The notes under the pieces: model-generated
Seen by the model: only the letters and a program-made list of their open reading frames with translations
Database searches by the model: none
What the model was told of the DNA's origin: nothing
Translations under genes and position numbers: made by a program
Part shown: positions 60,334-64,000 of the stretch, piece after piece
Numbering within the stretch: the first letter of the stretch is position 1
How the letters are laid out: every line of letters starts with the position of its first letter
From: Chiloscyllium plagiosum
Lineage: Eukaryota
NCBI RefSeq assembly: GCF_004010195.1
Contig: NC_057758.1
Coordinates: forward strand, 5,765,997-5,829,996
Length of the DNA stretch: 64,000 nucleotides
Direction: 5' to 3'

Positions 60334-62730
60334 ACGTTTGTACTTACTGGAGGTCAAGCAACGCAATCCCAGTAAATCAAAACAGAAAATCATCAGGGTA
60401 GTGTCATGAGACCAAAAATATTTCGCTGTTATCAACGATCGTCCCTCCATCAAAGTGGGGATTTGATGATTTCACGATGCGACACAAGCAGGAGTCTCAT
60501 TTGGTATGGAAAAGGAAATTCATCGTATAAAAGCGACGGAATTGGACACCCCAACGGGAGTTCTTCCACTCTTCATGTTTCCTTCTCATTTTCTCCGAGG
60601 TTTTTCTGCTTTTTTATCATTTTGTTTTCCCGCTGCTCTCAGTCTAGCCACCATGCACCTCCAGACAGATCCAATCCTGGTCTCTCGGTGGCTCTCAGTC
60701 TGGTCTCTCCGCGGAACGTGATCTGTCCTGAACTGATATCTCGGCAGCTGTCAGCCTGATCTCTCGACAGGATGTCAGTGGTCTCTGGAAGTTTCGTGGC
60801 AGTATTTTGGCTCGGCATTGGAGTGTACCCTGCCGAAGTATGTACCCTGAGGCACGGGGAGTTATCGATGAGGCTGCAATTTCAACAGCACCGATTCTGT
60901 GTGATTCTGGTGGCATCGAAGGCAGACAGCAGAGCGAGATGGGCGGAGGAATCATCAGTTAAATGGTTAACATATTCCTTTAATACCTAGTTTAATCCGT
61001 GAGAAACGTTAGTGTAAACTGTTGCGAAATTCTTTAATTTTCTAATATTCTATGAAAGAATACTTAGCTTTGTAACTCATGTTTCTCTTCGTACTTTGTA
61101 CTTTAACCCTTTTGTGCCGAGGTAACTTGCATCTGAGATGGAATCATGTATGCCAACATTATACAACTTTCGCTTTACACCTTCACTTCAATACGTAATT
61201 TACGTCGCAAATATAATCTGAAAAGCGAGTTCACCAGTAACGAGAACAGCAGTCATTTTGCAGCAATAAATATGACATGGCCATGCAAAATTGAAATCGT
61301 GGCCAAGTTATAAAGGTAACACGGCGCTTAAAATAAGTGCAGCACAAACATAGCAAAGCTCTATCGCTCTGAAAGTTGTTTCAATTCAAGAAAAGAGAGT
61401 GCAGACCTTCTAGCGCACAGTCAAAGGGTATTGGCGCAGGCAGGAAATTGGAGTTGTCAAAACAACCAGATTATCCATGATGTTATTACATTTTGGAACT
61501 GGTGTGTCAGCCGGACAACTGCCATTGGTTTTAACTCATGTCTTTGCGCTCTAGTACACAATATCAAAACATAATTTTGCCAAATGTGACCGAGCCTGTT
61601 ATTGGAAAAACAAAGCTTTTATTCCACATTGCCACCTGTGCACAAGCAACGGAGTGAACAGTTTTAGAGATGGATGGAGGGTTGGGTGTGAGGTGACAAT
61701 TAGATCAGCAATGATTTAATCGACCGGAAGTGGAAGTTGAATTTACTTCATGTTCAACTCCTTGAACTCCACATTTTGTAAAACATTTATCTTACATTAC
61801 CCTAAAATAAATAATGAATTCAAAATCCATAACTTTTCACGAGGCCTCTGAACCATTTCTGAACAAGGTGTTTGTTCCCTCATCATCGGCCTTTCATTTT
61901 TTTTTGTTCTACATTCCACTCGCTGTAGCGAGCCCGCTCGGAGACTGTCTTCTGAAATGAGCCGATTCTAATCTTCGCGTTGCATTTTTTTAAACATTCC
62001 CACATTATTTTGATATCGCCATCTCTCCAGGGAGACGGTGTCCAGCAGAGCCCAGTAGGGGCCATGCCTCCGTGAAATTCTAAGTGGGCTGTCGGGGTAA
62101 AATGAAAATAGATTTGAAGTGTGAATGAAGGAGTCCACCTCCCGCGATGAGCCACTCTTCCGAAAGGGATTTCTGAACCGCATCCTTCCTCTTCAATTAT
62201 TGCCTCTCCAGGCTTCCATGAATACTTGCTTTTTTAAATTGACTGATGGAATTCCAATATAAGTATGCATTATCTACTCCATCGAAAGTTCGGATGAATT
62301 TTTAAACCTGGTTTATGGGTAACTGGGAGTTTTGGTGTTCATGCCAACAACTTCTCCTCTAAAAGAACAAACGCAAAATACTCAATGAAAGTCACACGCA
62401 AATAAGATATAGAGCAAATCACTTCGCACCTTACACAGTTAAAAAAAAACACTCCCACAGCATATCAGCACAAATGTAAATCAGAGTAAAGTTTATTCTT
62501 CTTTGTTCTGGTTAAACCTCTAGGGTCAGTACAGCTCGGTGTTTGGTACTAAGAAAGCATTCGGCGTATTCGCCAAAAATCGAGATTCCCTGAATGCAGA
62601 TACAGGACTTGATTACATTCCAAGTAAAAGAATCCCGACACGGTTCCACTGTTCCATCAAACAGCCCCATCCCTTGCTCAGAAGTAAAACAGAATAAATA
62701 ATGAAATGCAGAATGATACAGTATATACAA
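60334..62730 (+). repeat. Paralogous block copy 4
   Basis: Matches 28987 onward at offset ~31,347. Confidence 0.95.
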
Positions 62731-64000
62731 CATTGAACATTCCAGCGCAGTACAGGCCCTTCGGCCTCAATGTAGCGCCGACATGTCATACCAATCTGAA
62801 GCTCATCTAACCGGCACTATTCTGTGTACGTCCATACGTTTGTTCAATGACGATTTAAATGTACTTAAAGTTGGTGAAAGTACTACCGTTGCAGGCAAAG
62901 CATTCCATACCCTTACTACTCTCTGAATAAAGAAACTACCTCAAACATCTGTCCTAGATCTATCCCCTCAATTTAAAGCTATGCCCCATCGTGCTCGCCG
63001 TCACCATACTTCGAAAAAGGCTCTCCCTGTCCACCCTATCTAACCGTCAGGTCATCTTATATGTCTCTGTTAAGTAACCTCTCAACCTTCTTCTCCCCAA
63101 CGAAGACAGCATCAAGTCGCTCAGCCTTTCATCCTAAGACCTTCCCTCCATACCAGGCAATATCCGAGTAAATCTCTTCTGCATCATTTCCAAAGCTTCC
63201 ACATCCTTCTTGTAATACGGTGACCAGAACTGTCCACAATACTCCACGTGCAGCCGCACCAGAGTTTTGTACAGTTGTAGCATAACCTCATGGTTCCGGA
63301 ACTCGATCCCACTATCAATAAAAGCTAAAACACTGTATGCCTTCTCAAGAATCCTGTCAAACCGGGTGGCAACCTTTAAGGTTCTGTGTACCTGGACGTC
63401 GAGATCTCTTTGTTCAGCGACACAACGAAGAATCTCACCATTAGCCTAGTAATTTGCATTCCAGTTACTCCGACCAAAGTGAATCACCTCACACTTGTCC
63501 GCATTGAACTCCAATTGCCAGTTCTCAGCCCAGCTCTGCAGCTTATCTATGTCTGTCTGTAACCTACAACATCCTTCGTCACCATCCACAACTCCACCAA
63601 ACTTCGTGTCGTCTGCAAATTTACGAACGCATCCCTCTCCTCACTCATGCAGGTCGTTTTTAAAAATGACGAACAGCAGTGGACCCAACACCGATCCTTG
63701 CGGTACACCACTAGTAACTGGACTCCAGGATGAGCATTTCCCATCAACAACCACCCTCTGTCATCTTTCAGCAATCCAATTACTGATCCAAACTGCTATA
63801 TCTCCAACAAGACCATTCCTCCGCATTTTGTACAACAGCCTACTGTGGTGAACCTTATCGAACGCCTTGCTGAAATCCATATACACCACATCAACCAGTT
63901 TACTCTCATCTACCTGTTTGGTCACCTTCTCAAAGAACTCAATGAGGTTTGTGAAGCACGACCGATCCTTCACAAAACTGTGCTGACTATACCGAATCAA
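62730..64000 (-). mobile_element. CR1 LINE 3' portion at the same insertion site as 31410-34705 (runs off window)
   Basis: Same junction TATACAACATTGAACATT..AGCGCAGT; YMDFSKAFDKV in ORF 63761-64000. Confidence 0.95.

Overview
Repeat-dense vertebrate genomic DNA, most consistent with a cartilaginous fish (shark). This is inferred from the mix of CR1/HER1-type LINEs, HE1-like tRNA-derived SINEs, Penelope-like elements and GPR139-like receptor genes. The only intact protein-coding gene I can support is a two-exon class A GPCR of the GPR139/GPR142-like type on the minus strand (exon 1 CDS 50534-50390, exon 2 46183-45279, 349 aa). It sits in a birth-and-death cluster. A 1.64-kb tandem duplication created a frameshifted second copy of exon 2 that keeps its splice acceptor (44539-43631). 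A divergent paralog, not in the ORF track, survives as a stop-riddled TM5-TM7 fragment on the plus strand (27661-28092). The ~3-kb block that follows that pseudogene recurs four times (about 15.8, 28.5, 35.0 and 60.3 kb), twice just after 500-N gaps. Also present: a near full-length decayed CR1 inserted in a SINE tail, many CR1 fragments, solo LTRs, a decayed retrovirus-like RNase H-integrase fossil (36.2-38.1 kb), several Penelope-associated minimal hammerhead ribozyme motifs (two bracket the GPCR coding exon on the sense strand), and two minisatellites. All family assignments come from motif recognition by eye, and boundaries of decayed repeats are approximate.
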